From NCBI GenBank assembly GCA_001643675.2, contig LSRY02000059.1, forward strand, positions 186,001-250,000: DNA of 64,000 nt, in the 5' to 3' direction. The notes under the pieces were generated by a model. The model saw only the letters and a program-made list of their open reading frames with translations. It was not told the origin of the DNA and did no database searches. The DNA is from Monocercomonoides exilis PA203. Its lineage: Eukaryota > Protista > Preaxostyla. Positions 1 to 11,750 of the stretch are shown here, in pieces (the first letter of the stretch is position 1; every line of letters starts with the position of its first letter). The position numbers were made by a program, and so were the translations under genes.

Positions 1-2694
1 ATTGGCGTGAGGGAGCATGCGAAGACTCCGCGTGTGTCGAACATGAACGGTTTCTTTGGTGCCAACCACCGCGACTCGATGGTGATGGGTGGGTCGATGG
101 TGTCTGTGGTTGGGCAGCCGAGTGAGATGGCCTCTGTGCGCACAATGGACTCCTTCGTGTACAATCCCACCGCTGGCGCCATGAACAGCTTCGGAGAGAC
201 ACCCCGCCTCGCATTCAGCGACTCACTCGCACTGACACAGATGGCAAATGCATACAGCAGCAGTCAGCTGGACCTCGCTAACGGAGGAATGGGGATGGGC
301 AGCGGAATAGGAAATGCCGGAACGAGCAACGGAGGAGGCCTCTCGCAGATAACAACAAGTGCATCGATGCCGTTTCTGGGTGTGTCATCTACTCCAAGGA
401 GCATAGCTGGGCTGGGAATGGGAGGAGGGATGGGCATCCAGCAGCAGTACACATCCACTCCTCGTTCACAAGTGCTGTTTGGAGACATCGGGCTGAGTGG
501 AATGCCCATCGGCAGCACGCCACGTAGTGTGTCTGGGCTGAGTGCGATGGGCAGGCTGAACGGAATGAGCAGCCAGAGCCAGCTGGGCATGGGGCAGAGA
601 GGGAGAGTAGGCATCAGCTCGACACAGTCCCTCTTCCAAGACATCACTCCACCAATGACAAACACAATGCAGCTATCGGCACCGATGGACCAGCGGCCGT
701 TCAGCCAGTCTCTCACTGAGCACTGCCAAGGATACATCCAGCCGCAGATGTCGCAGCCGATGTCGATGCAGGATGCAGCTGTGACAGAGCCATTGAATTT
801 TGGGATGGGGCAGGAGTACGACACACTCAACAACGCCAACTCGCACAAGGAGTCTGTCAACGAGAGCCTGACAGAGCATTCAAAGTCGATCAGGCAGAGG
901 CAGCTGGAGGAAGAGCTGCAGAGAGAAAAAGACAAAGAGAACGAAGAGAGAGAAGAGGAGAAAGCAGAACTTGAAGAGAAGATTAGAAAGCTGTCGCTGC
1001 TTCCGTTATCATTCTACGCAAAGGCGATTTTGGGTATTTTAGTCATTGTTGGGTTTGATCTTGGCTTCTACATTGTGACATTCACGTGCCTGCAGTCAAT
1101 CACTCGATACAACAACTCCCAGTTCCTGTCTGGCTATCGCTCTGTGCTGATGAACATCATCGTGATGCTCAGCCTCAACTTGGCTGACAACACAATCGCC
1201 CCTCTGCCGCAGAACAACTTCACCGTCCCCTTTTCGACGAATCCTGTTTGGAACGACCTGACGCATCTGTCGCACAACCACACTGAGATCCAGATGCTGG
1301 TGCAGCGTCTGTACCAGTTCGTGTCCATCCTCAACACGAAGATTCTGATGGGCTCGAAAGCCAACGACCCGGCTGTGCAGACTGGAGACACCCTCATCGA
1401 CCCCCTCGACACTCCGAAGCTGCTCACGGAAGGGTCAGCGGTGGTGTCTCTGATGTACACAGAAGTCGACTGCCTGATGATGAAGCGCGAGACATGCACG
1501 CCAGGCAGACTGTACGGCATCACAGGCAACTTCACTGGACTCGATGCGCTGATGACAAAGTTCGACTTGGCTGTCATCTTTCTGATGAACACCACAAACG
1601 ACCCAGCGCTGATGGACTTCCGCACAGATGAGATTCAAGTGGTCAACTCGCTCATCCAGAATGATCTGCTGGGCGGACTGGCAAAGTTCAGAACAGCCAT
1701 CAAAACGCTGCAGAGTCAAAACATCGACCGGAGTGAGACGATGCTGTACACCTTCTTTGCACTGGCCATTGTGTTTATGATGATCGGGTTCCTCTGCTGT
1801 CTCATTCCAACTAAACAGGATCTGTTTTCAGTGGCAAATTGCACGATGAAGATGGCAGACCTCGACCCAGCAGCTGATGTGGCTGAGCGGACAGGGATGG
1901 GCACAGCCAGTTGGAGAGAGTCGTACACGAGTGACTGCATCCGGATGGACAACGAGCACAAAGAGATTCTGCTGTGGTTGGCGATGGCAGCAGCATCGAT
2001 CGACAGCGACATCAACGTGAAGAAGCAGACAGACGAGCTGCTGGAGCTGAAGCACAACAACGCAGAGGCGATGGAAGTGCTGAGCTTGTTGAAGAGTGCG
2101 AAGGCCAGCAACAAGCACGACTCAGACTTTGCCGATGAGGCGACGATGAACAGCCGGCTGCACACGCAGCGGAAGGCTGTGGGGAAGACGCTGGGCATTC
2201 TGGTGCGATCGACGCTGTCTGGGCTGAGCGACGAGGAGCATCTGATGCACAAGCACCACATCGTGGGGGCACATCGGAAGGAGCACTACCTCTCCCACTC
2301 AAACTTCATCCGGAAGATCCAATCAGCTGTGCTGCACATCGCATCCGCTGCAAAGTCGAAGAAAGAGCCGATCCCACCGCAGTTTGCGAGGCGGCTGACA
2401 GACATCTACACAGGCTGGCTATCAGAACATGTTGTGCGACTTGACCGCGAGCTGTTTGCGCTTTTGAATGGGAAAGCACCACCGTCAGAGCTGGAGAAGG
2501 AAGTCTCATTGAAGGACTTTGTGATTCCGCACTCTTATTCGCAGTTTCTGGACTCGGACAATGCGAGTCTGCAGGACAAGAGTCTGTTTGAGAAGCTGAT
2601 GAAGTTTCTCGGCTTCACGTCATCGCATGCACTTCACCACGGAATGAAACTGATGAAGCCGACATCAGAAATGGAGCACGACAAAAAGTCTTAA
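1..2694 (+). CDS. 5'-truncated multi-pass membrane protein with C-terminal hemerythrin-like domain
   Basis: Frame is open from base 1. Hydrophobic segments GILVIVGFDLGFYIVTFTCL, VLMNIIVMLSL and TFFALAIVFMMIGFLCCLI. C-terminal hemerythrin pattern W-x3-Y...D-x-E-H / EE-x-LM / H-x3-H (EHYLSH) / WL-x2-H-x4-D (WLSEHVVRLD). Confidence 0.75.
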   Translation: MGVREHAKTPRVSNMNGFFGANHRDSMVMGGSMVSVVGQPSEMASVRTMDSFVYNPTAGAMNSFGETPRLAFSDSLALTQMANAYSSSQLDLANGGMGMGSGIGNAGTSNGGGLSQITTSASMPFLGVSSTPRSIAGLGMGGGMGIQQQYTSTPRSQVLFGDIGLSGMPIGSTPRSVSGLSAMGRLNGMSSQSQLGMGQRGRVGISSTQSLFQDITPPMTNTMQLSAPMDQRPFSQSLTEHCQGYIQPQMSQPMSMQDAAVTEPLNFGMGQEYDTLNNANSHKESVNESLTEHSKSIRQRQLEEELQREKDKENEEREEEKAELEEKIRKLSLLPLSFYAKAILGILVIVGFDLGFYIVTFTCLQSITRYNNSQFLSGYRSVLMNIIVMLSLNLADNTIAPLPQNNFTVPFSTNPVWNDLTHLSHNHTEIQMLVQRLYQFVSILNTKILMGSKANDPAVQTGDTLIDPLDTPKLLTEGSAVVSLMYTEVDCLMMKRETCTPGRLYGITGNFTGLDALMTKFDLAVIFLMNTTNDPALMDFRTDEIQVVNSLIQNDLLGGLAKFRTAIKTLQSQNIDRSETMLYTFFALAIVFMMIGFLCCLIPTKQDLFSVANCTMKMADLDPAADVAERTGMGTASWRESYTSDCIRMDNEHKEILLWLAMAAASIDSDINVKKQTDELLELKHNNAEAMEVLSLLKSAKASNKHDSDFADEATMNSRLHTQRKAVGKTLGILVRSTLSGLSDEEHLMHKHHIVGAHRKEHYLSHSNFIRKIQSAVLHIASAAKSKKEPIPPQFARRLTDIYTGWLSEHVVRLDRELFALLNGKAPPSELEKEVSLKDFVIPHSYSQFLDSDNASLQDKSLFEKLMKFLGFTSSHALHHGMKLMKPTSEMEHDKKS

Positions 2695-3367
2695 CGTGCA
2701 TTTGTTTCTGTGAAATTTCTTCTGTATTTCATGTTTATTTAGCTCAGTATTTGTTTGTATCTTTTTTTTATGTTTTTAGTTTTTATTTCTTTGTTTCCAC
2801 TATTTTGTGGATTGCAAATATGTTTTTAAAATTTGTTATGAAAGTCACAATCTCTAACATCTCTCTGCTATTCTTTTGAAACCTCTTAATGTAAATTTAT
2901 TTTATTCTTTTTGGAACCTCCATGTATTTTATCACATATGTTTATTTATCGTATGTATTCCTTTTTACCTTTGTTTTGCTTTGCTTGAAGATCTTATGCT
3001 TATTCCTTGTGTGGACTTTTATTATAGATAAAACGTTATTTTATCATCTCAGGCTTTATTTTTAGAATTTTTAAACACAATATGTATTTTTTCTAAAGTC
3101 AGAATTAAATCTCAAATGTTCATTTTTTTCAAGATTATTATTTCGAACTCTTCAATAGTATTTCAGATAAAATGAAATTATGATGAAAAAATAAAAAAGA
3201 ATTTGTTTAATTCAACAGATAATATCTTGCTAATAACATTTTCAATTTATTTTCAATAAAATGCTTACAGCCAATAAAAAAAAATTTGATATACAAACAT
3301 AAACCACATTTGCAAAGATTGAAGAATAAAACATAATATCATAGAATAAGTGCACAGCAATCCCCTT

Positions 3368-4362
3368 TTAAATCTTTCTTTTGCATGACGATGGCAGCTC
3401 TCCTTTGTAGTGCTGACACAGAACTTTGGTTAAGTCCTTTTCGCATGCTTCTTGTATTTCATCTGAGAAGCACAAATAAACTTGAAAAATAAAAAACGTT
3501 CAAACCTGAATGCTCTCCATTGATCACAAACCATGGAACATACTACGACAAAAAAATAAAATTGATATTTACAGCATTTTGAAAGAAATGAAAAAAATAA
3601 CGATAAAAAAATACTTTATGAGGAGGATTGAGATTCTCGGTAAGTAATCCAATTTCATGCATAAGAGAATTTCCTTCTTTACCTTTGACGCATTCACTCA
3701 CTCTTTTGAGTGGAACTGGAAATTTTGTTTTTGCCACACAAGCTTCAGCACTTGCGTATGGATCTTTTGCAGATTCCTGAAGGTATTCGAATAATTAAAA
3801 AAATTTATTAAAATGTATGCACACAATGCATTCAATAAGAGGAAAGTAGTCTTTTATCGAGTTATTCGTCAAATAAATAGCGCAAGCTTCAAACATGTTA
3901 ACATCGCATTCTCTTTGCCCTTCAGAAAAATATATTAAAATTTTAAATCTATCAAACAAAAAATATTGCAATACCATGTTGGCAAGAAAAAACCCAATGA
4001 GTGCCATTGCTGATTCAAAAGAAATTATACTCGAATATAATATTTTAAAAATATGAAAAATCAAACAAAGTTTGATGAGCATTTCCATATGGAAGCAAAG
4101 TTAACGACATCATTTTCAGCGCATCTGTCTTGTAAACTTTTGATAATTGTTGTTTGAATACTTTCTAAGGAAAGAAAGTGCATATACAAGCAAATATACA
4201 ATAAAAAATATTCTCCAAACGATACAATCAGGGCAAAGGCTAAATCAAAATTAGCATTGAAAATAAAAGCTTACTGTTCACAAACCTTTCAGATGCGAGC
4301 AAAACGTCAACTTTCTGCTCTGCATTTCCCAAAGCTATTAATGCAAAAAAACCAAACAGCAT
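3368..4362 (-). CDS. IFI30: GILT-family lysosomal thiol reductase, multi-exon
   Basis: Manual splicing gives a signal peptide MLFGFFALIALGNA, active site ES|LCPDC, LLPYGNA, the family signature CQHG-QR-EC-DV-N-MFEA-C, YVPWFVING and C-terminal LCQHYKGELPSSC; stop TAA at 3368-3370. The ORF track shows only fragments. Confidence 0.92.
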
Positions 4363-4587
4363 CAAATTTCTTTCTCAAATTATTACTACGGTACCTGATC
4401 TTAGAAGATCAATTAATTGGCTTTTGCGTTTCGTGAAAGCACAAGAGTATTTTTTTCCAATATGATCAAACAAATGAATGGTGTAGGAGTATTTTCTCTC
4501 GAACCGAAAAAAGCAGAACAGTTTGTAACTGGAAAACAAAATTGATTCATTTTGCAATTCTTGAATCGCGTATTTTGATGTTAATTT

Positions 4588-7469
4588 ATGGCTTATGTTT
4601 TGTGTATTAGCCCTGTAGCTGTATATCATTCTGACCAATCAAAAGAAGGTTGGCATTTATTTCCCTATGTTATTTAAAAGTTAATTGTTCTCTTTTGTGA
4701 CTTTGATACGATTTAGAAATAAAATTTGAACTTTGCGTCGAATGTGAAGATCATCCATCAATGATTTTCTGTGAAACATGTGGAGGTTTGTGTGAAATTA
4801 CATTTTTGGAACAAATTATAGTTGTTTATCCTTTTTTTGAAATTTCAAGATGCATTTTGCCAAGAATGCTTCCAAGCATTTCACAAAAGAGGAGGAAGAA
4901 AAAATCATAGGACCCATGACATTAAACAAAAACTTCCATCGATTCTTCAACGACATCACGAAGGCTCAGAAGACGAAAATGATGATGCAATTGGTACAAT
5001 TATGCCTGCTCATCCCGTTGAACAGGTCACGCCGTCACCATTTGCTGATGCTTCTGCGTCTCTCTCAACACCGGCACTATCTGTTGTTTCACCTTCAACG
5101 ACATATACGCAATTGGGAGTTTCACAAATGAAATCCTGGAGAGAAAGGGCTGAGTGGATTCCACTTCGTTTGACTCCAACTGAGCAACGAGATTTGCTGC
5201 TTGTTGAATGTGCATTGAATGTGTCTGAGTATACCGAAAAGATTGACATTCAGTCATACCAATCCACGCCATTTAAGAGAATGATGAAGCAATTGACTGA
5301 GCTATGCTCTCTCGTTGCAGGTCTTGCCGTTGCAAAGGATTATCGACAAGGCGAGTTGCTTGTGAAGGACAAAGCCTTTAAACATTATCCAACATTTTTC
5401 CAGCATATGTTTGAAGGTGTGTATTAATGAATTCTCTGGCCTTTTTCTTCATTATTTTTTTTTTTTGAATTATTTTCAAAAATTATTCAAAATTAATAAA
5501 ATTCAATGAATTTTTTGTTTCAATACTCTTTTTCTTCCACAGTTGCGCGTAGGTACAAGATCACCAACCCAGAAAAGATGCGCACGTCGTATGGGAAGCT
5601 GATGTATGCGCTGATGGACTCTCAATGGTCAGACATTCTGGCTGAGATGGGCATGGCGTGTGTGGTTCCCATCAGAACAGTTGTGCTGTTCATTGCAGAG
5701 AGAGACGGTGCCACAAAGCTGACAGCCAGAGAGCGTGAATACGAATGGAGCAAGCAGAAAGAGCTTGAAGCAGCGATGGAAGCAAAGGACGAGGCGAAAT
5801 ATGACTCTCGAATGGGAAGAGGAGAATTCGAAAAGAACGCACCGTCCATCAGAGGTGGAAGGAAACCTATCCATTTGTTGGATGAGTTGTTGGACGATCC
5901 GCTTTTGAATGTGGCCACAAGAGAGATCTTTTCAGAGGGCAAAGAGAGGGAAATTGTGCAGCGGGAGATCAGAGAGAAGGAAAAGGCTATCAAAATACTC
6001 TGCAGCAGATACAGCCGAACAGCAGAAGACATCAAAATGTGGGAAGAGGAGCGAGAGACAAGGAAGGCAGGGTGCTCTTCTGAGCAGCTCGAATACGAAG
6101 AGAGGGAGCTGAATGAGATGCGCAAAAGGGAGGCGATGAGGCAAAAGAACGGAGACGAAATGGAGTTGGATGAAGATCCTTCTCCACTCGACTCACAGAT
6201 GAGCTCATCCTCCTCTTTATCATCATCATCTTCTTCTTCTTCTTCTGCCTCTTCTGCCTCTTCTTCACTTCGCCCAGTGTCAGAAGACGATGTGCGGCTG
6301 ATCATCTACTCCTTTGCAGACAATCAGTCATTCCTCCGATACAACTCATTGCCCTGTCAGAAGATGCTTGACTATCTCCATCGCTACTTCCACCCGTCGC
6401 CCAGCGGCAGAAGCGAGGCAGAGAAAGAGGCACTGCACATCAGCGACGACAGCGACAGAGGGAAAAGGGAAGGTAGAGGCAGAGGAGAGGATGAAGAATC
6501 CTCTGACGATGAAGACGAAGAAGGGTCGAAATACAATCTGCGTGGGAGAGAGTCGTTTGTGAAGCAGAGCAACTACTCGCCGTGGATGGCGTCGTGGATG
6601 GCTGACAGGCCTCCTTCACCCGAAGAGCGCCTGGTGGCTGCACCTGCCAACACGTGGCAGGCCAAAAGCAACTTGTCCATCTCTTCAGGGATTGGAGGTG
6701 CAAGACTGACTCATTCGCATCATGTGCAATACAAGTGTGATTCCTTTGTTTTTATTATTATTAATAATCCTATTAATTTCATTTGTTATATTTCTTTAAT
6801 ACAAATTTATGTGTTCATCCTCTTTTCTTCCCCCTTTTCTTCCCCCTTTTCTTCAATATTATCAAAATTCGTAGGTATGTTGAGCAAACACTCATATTGT
6901 GGCGTGAGATCGTCCAGGACTTCTTCAAGCTGTGGAGTCTGGCTGAGCAGGATCTGGTGGCCAAAGGGAACTACTACCGCCTGAGAGACACAGGGCAAGG
7001 GATGAACAGGATGCAGAGCTGTCCTCGTGTGGGAAGAGCGATGAATCAGATACTGACACAGGTGATGTCCATCATCAAGGGCTCCTGGGTAGGCTCATCG
7101 GCAGTGCATTTGGGCGACACAAACGTGCCGAATGCGTTCATGTTCATTGACAAGTACACACAAGTCTCCAGAATACTCACGCCCATCGTGTCTGTCTTAG
7201 ACAAGCTCCCCTTCATCTGCCACAATCCGTTCATCCACCACTACATCAAGCGCGAGTACGGGTCAATCGACCTGTGCAGAATGGAGATTCTTCAGGATTT
7301 CTTCCGCTTTGGCTTCGACGGGTCAGGCGCTGACAACTACTTCGAGGCTGGCAGCTGTATTGATGGAAGACTCACATCTGCATGGAACTGGTGCTCCAAA
7401 ATAGAGAAAAAACGTTACTTCCCTGTTTTCTTGCTTTGCGGCTTCATCGGCTTTGATGGACAGTTTTAA
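4588..7469 (+). CDS. B-box zinc finger + DUF2009 (UPF0652) protein, multi-exon
   Basis: Spliced N-terminus CVECEDHPSMIFCETCGDAFCQECFQAFHKRGGRKNH (B-box). DUF2009-type motifs IPLRLT, RRYKITNPEKMRTSYGKLMY, GARLTHSH, HLGDTNVPNAFMFIDKY, GFDGSGADNYFEAGSCIDGRLTSAWNWCS. Start codon inferred from splice phases. Confidence 0.85.
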
Positions 7470-7740
7470 TACGTTTCACATAGCTTGTTCTCCGGTAATC
7501 TTAAGTGTATTTTTTTTAATTTTGACTAGTTTTTTGGAATTGACTTTCTATTTACCAAAAATATCATTTCACAATCTTTTTCTTTTGTTTTTATCATTAT
7601 ATAATTTATTTTTTGCAATAATCTGTTAGCTTAAAATCAATATCAATGCATATTAAAATTTCACAGTTGTATTCCATTGAAAATTGAGAAAAAAGATTTT
7701 TATCGAGAAGACTGAATATTCCCATATTAATTTTTTTCGG

Positions 7741-9222
7741 ATGATTGATGATTTTCATCATTATTTGACCGAAGAAAATCCTGATAATAGAAGCAGCTCA
7801 AGATTCTGCGCTTTTCAGTCAGAGCACTTCATAGGAGATGAGAGGAAATTCCGCCAAAACTTTTCGTTTTCGCTGAGAGAATCAAAACGAATTTCTGCTT
7901 TGTCGCAAACTCGAAACAGCGAAAATGAATGTGGAGATTTGACAAATGACGAGGCTTGAATTGTAATTCACTTTAGGTTGATGTTTTATAAATTTCTTTT
8001 TTTATTACAACTCTACTGACGTTTTTAGAAAAATCAAATGTTGCAATGCATTGAATTGCTAAAAAATGATCAGCTTGCAGTAAAGGAAGAAGCAATAAAA
8101 CAGCTATGCGTTTATGTTGATGTTTACGGGAATAAGGCAAAATGTTTTAATTATATTGCAAAGTATTTTTGTTCAATCAATGCATATGAACAACTTATAA
8201 ATTGCCTTCTTGTTTCTGATTCCCCATTTATTCAAGAAAGATCTTCTTGGATTTTGCTAAATCTTGGTTTGAAAAGATTCTTCTTTTATTTTTTCATCGA
8301 ATTATTCATATTAGCATCTTCGTCCGATCGCACAATTACAATGCCAATACTTTATTCTGGTTTTCTAAAACATGCAGCAAAACTATTGGAATCGGACAAT
8401 CGTGCGCTTGTAGAAAATATTTGTTCGCTGATTGGAAATGTTTGTTATCATATAACAGAAGATCGAGATTATGCAGTCCAGTGGGGAATCACTCAGCCAA
8501 TATGCAATCTGATTTCTGATCGATCAATTGAAGTTAACCTACTCGAAGAAGCTTTATTTGCAGCTTCCATGCTTGCGAAAAATAGAAACAGAGACCCCAC
8601 AAAGACTATGGAAATAGGAACGCGTGACGATAAGGAGATGAGAAAGTTGGAAAAAGAGGCAGAAAGCAAAGAACGGGCATCACCTTCAAAGCAACACCAG
8701 ACACCGATAAAACTAACACCTTTCCCTATAATTTCATCTAAACCAACAATAAAGACAGCCAGCGGTTCTGGTGAAGCAGCGCATTCAAAAGGATATTTGG
8801 GATATTCTTACTCGAATGAATTTGAGGAGAATATTCTTGAAGCAGACGAAATCCTCACTGAGCACACTCTTGTTTTGCTTTCTCATTCGCTTTCAGACTC
8901 CAACAACATCTCCAAACATGCTGCGTGCGCACTGGCGAGAATCACTGCAAACAACATTGCTGCAATTAACGTATGATCTTATTTCTTCTTCTTCTTGATA
9001 AACACATTTTTTTTCATATTTATATGAACTATCACCTCGTTTTAAATGAATTTTCTGCAGCGTCTTATGTCATCTCCACACATCGGACAGCTAATTGCGC
9101 AGACGATCCATCGTCCTCGAGAAGTTTCTCAGCCAATCCTGACAACGCTGACAAACATCACAACTGTCTCTTCAAAACATGCTGAGGTATTATTACTCAC
9201 TTTATTCATCAACATGTCCAAT

Positions 9223-9254
<32 letters not shown>

Positions 9255-10415
9255 TATTATTATTCAAAAACACATCATTGCCCCAATTGCATATCTTTCT
9301 GGACAATTCTTCAGGTTCTCATACAAAACGGGCTTATTCCAATGCTTGTGCTTCTCCTGAAAAGCCACGATGCCAATGTTCAATTGGGCGCGAGTGAGGT
9401 GATAACAAAAGTTGCGCTGGGCACCAAAAGGCAGGTGAGGCAGCTGTTTCAGTATGGAATCATGCAGGCGATGGTGCACAAGTGGACAGAGGTGAGCGAG
9501 AGAGTGGCAGACGAGTGGGTGAATGCTGTTGCGAATGCGATGCACTCATCGACAGAAGCTCTTGTCCAGCTTGTTGACTTGGGCGTGGTGGAGTTCCTGT
9601 GCGAAAAGCTGCTTTCGCCGAGGCCAGCCACTGTGCTTGCTGCGCTGGACGGGATCGGAATTGCACTCAGAGGAATGGAAAACTTAAAGGAGATTAGCAA
9701 ATTCGAGGAAAAGTGGAAGAAAATGAATGAAGACAAAGAAGATAACAAGGCAGCAGCATCACATCCTCCGTCAACAGTGTTGTCTCAATCAAAGATTGAC
9801 TCTAATCAGAGTCATTCATCTTCTGCATTTGATTCCACTCCTCCATTTTCTGCTTTTTCATTATCTTTGTCTTCCTCACAACCTTCATCATCTTTGCCTT
9901 CATTTTCTTCTTCTTCTTCTTCTTCTTCTTCTTCTTCTTCTTCTTCTTCTTCTTCTTCTTCTTCTTCTTCTTCTTCTTCTTCTTCTTCTTCTTCTTCTCA
10001 AAGCACTTCAGCTGTCCCTCAAAAATCACCCATAAAAAGGCGCCGTTTTGACATCCTTTCTTCCATCACTGCTGCAAAACAGGGCCAAAATGTTGTCATT
10101 GAGCGGATGAGCAGATGCAACGGGTTTCAATGCTTCGATTGGTTGGCAGAAAGCAAAAGCCAAAAAATAAGGACGGTTGCAAAAGACTTGGAGGAAAAAT
10201 ACAATTTCAAAAGTCTTACAGAATGCAATCCTGATTTTGATTTTGACGATGAGTACTTGGACGAATATGATGGCGTTCAAGCAAGTGGTCCGAAAATTAA
10301 CAAATCAAATGAGATTCATCATTCAAATCCTTTATCATTTCTTGATGATCCAGATGATGAATGTGATCGATCTGATGAATTTGGTGCATCGTCGTTTGCT
10401 AGCGCTGTTTCTTGA
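7741..10415 (+). CDS. Divergent importin-alpha-like armadillo-repeat protein, multi-exon
   Basis: IBB-like N-terminus (ERKFRQNFSFSLRESKRISALSQTRN). ARM-like repeats (IQERSSWILLNLAS, VENICSLIGNV, AACALARIT, PILTTLTNITT, LVDLGVVEFLCEKL, VLAALDGI). Poly-Ser insertion near the C-terminus. Confidence 0.7.
9906..9998 (+). repeat. (TCT)31 coding microsatellite encoding poly-Ser
   Basis: Perfect TCT run in frame within the ARM protein. Confidence 0.95.
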
Positions 10416-10546
10416 ACATCCATCTATTTTGAAATTAAAGTCTTTTCAAAAATTCATTTCAAAACCACTTCAGTGCATTTCATCTGTTTTATGTTTTTAA
10501 TATTATTATTTTAAATTGGGTGTAGATCATTTAATGGAAAATTTTT

Positions 10547-11599
10547 ATGTCCAGTTCATCGTCTTTAAATGAATTTCCACCAGAGGAACAAATTGCTGTG
10601 AGTGAGTTTTTGCGTCGTTATGAAGCTGCATTTGGGGCATCTCGTTCGAAAATGAATGTACCTCTGAAAGACCGAATTTTTGTATTACATGATTTGTATC
10701 GCTCATCAGAAAAAGTGACGGCTTTGCTTAATGTTAATCATCTTGGAGTTCTTTTTAACCTCGATGAAGAGAAAAAAGGATTTGTTACTGTGAAAAATTA
10801 TGTTGCTCTTTATCAAAAAGCTGTATCCCTCCAAACTGAAATTCATTCGGGCACCGAAGAGTTTAAGTATCAATTTGAATGCTTTTGCGTTTGGACAATG
10901 TTCACCAAATTAAAAGACAGCACATTTGGAGTTTCTGGCTTCATAAATTGGATTCAAGAACTTACTAAATTAGACAAAGATGTGAGTCGCCTTCCCAAAG
11001 TTGGAGATGAAATATATCTTCATTTATCTACAATTAAATATATATTTTTGTTATTTGATATCCAAAGAACAATTGGATATGATCTTCAACAATTTTTGGA
11101 AGTGCTTCATTCTGTTGGATCGGAACAAGGATTAAGCACAGATGCCCCAGGAAAATATGATCGCTTTGTTCCTATGAGAGTTCTTGTGTTATTTTTGAGT
11201 AATTATATCAAAGGATTTGTCGACTCAATGACAGCCTATGGTGTTCCTCTTGCTGCTCCTTCACTTTGCCCATCTTCCACATCAGTTCCGTTAGCTACTT
11301 CTCCACAAGCTTCTTCCCAACTCTCAACTCCCAGCCCCCCAACTACTTTTTATCCTTCATTTCGAATTACTTCCTATCAGCAGTCTCAATCTCCTTCTCT
11401 TAGTCATTCACCTCTATCTTCATCCACTTCATCAGCAACTTCATTACAATCTTTGCCTCTTGTTTCTTCTCAATCATCTTCGCATTCATCTTCTTCTGCT
11501 CGTCAGCACTCTTCTTCTTCTATGTCTCAAGCACAACATCACGCTTTATCATTTTCGCAATCGGGATTACCTCATCCTCTGCCACCTTCTCATTCTTAA
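10547..11599 (+). CDS. Hypothetical protein with EF-hand-like motif and Ser-rich tail
   Basis: Uninterrupted 350-aa ORF. LFNLDEEKKGFVTVKNY resembles a degenerate EF-hand loop; globular-looking N-terminal ~230 aa. Confidence 0.6.
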   Translation: MSSSSSLNEFPPEEQIAVSEFLRRYEAAFGASRSKMNVPLKDRIFVLHDLYRSSEKVTALLNVNHLGVLFNLDEEKKGFVTVKNYVALYQKAVSLQTEIHSGTEEFKYQFECFCVWTMFTKLKDSTFGVSGFINWIQELTKLDKDVSRLPKVGDEIYLHLSTIKYIFLLFDIQRTIGYDLQQFLEVLHSVGSEQGLSTDAPGKYDRFVPMRVLVLFLSNYIKGFVDSMTAYGVPLAAPSLCPSSTSVPLATSPQASSQLSTPSPPTTFYPSFRITSYQQSQSPSLSHSPLSSSTSSATSLQSLPLVSSQSSSHSSSSARQHSSSSMSQAQHHALSFSQSGLPHPLPPSHS

Positions 11600-11750
11600 T
11601 TTTCAAGTCAAATGTATCATTTATTCATATTTTAAGTTCATATTTATGAGGATAAATAGTTCATGTGTTTTATTAGATGTTTATCAAAAATTATTTCTGT
11701 GGGCTATGATCCATAATTTATAGTTTTTATTTGGTTTTTGCTTTTTTTCA

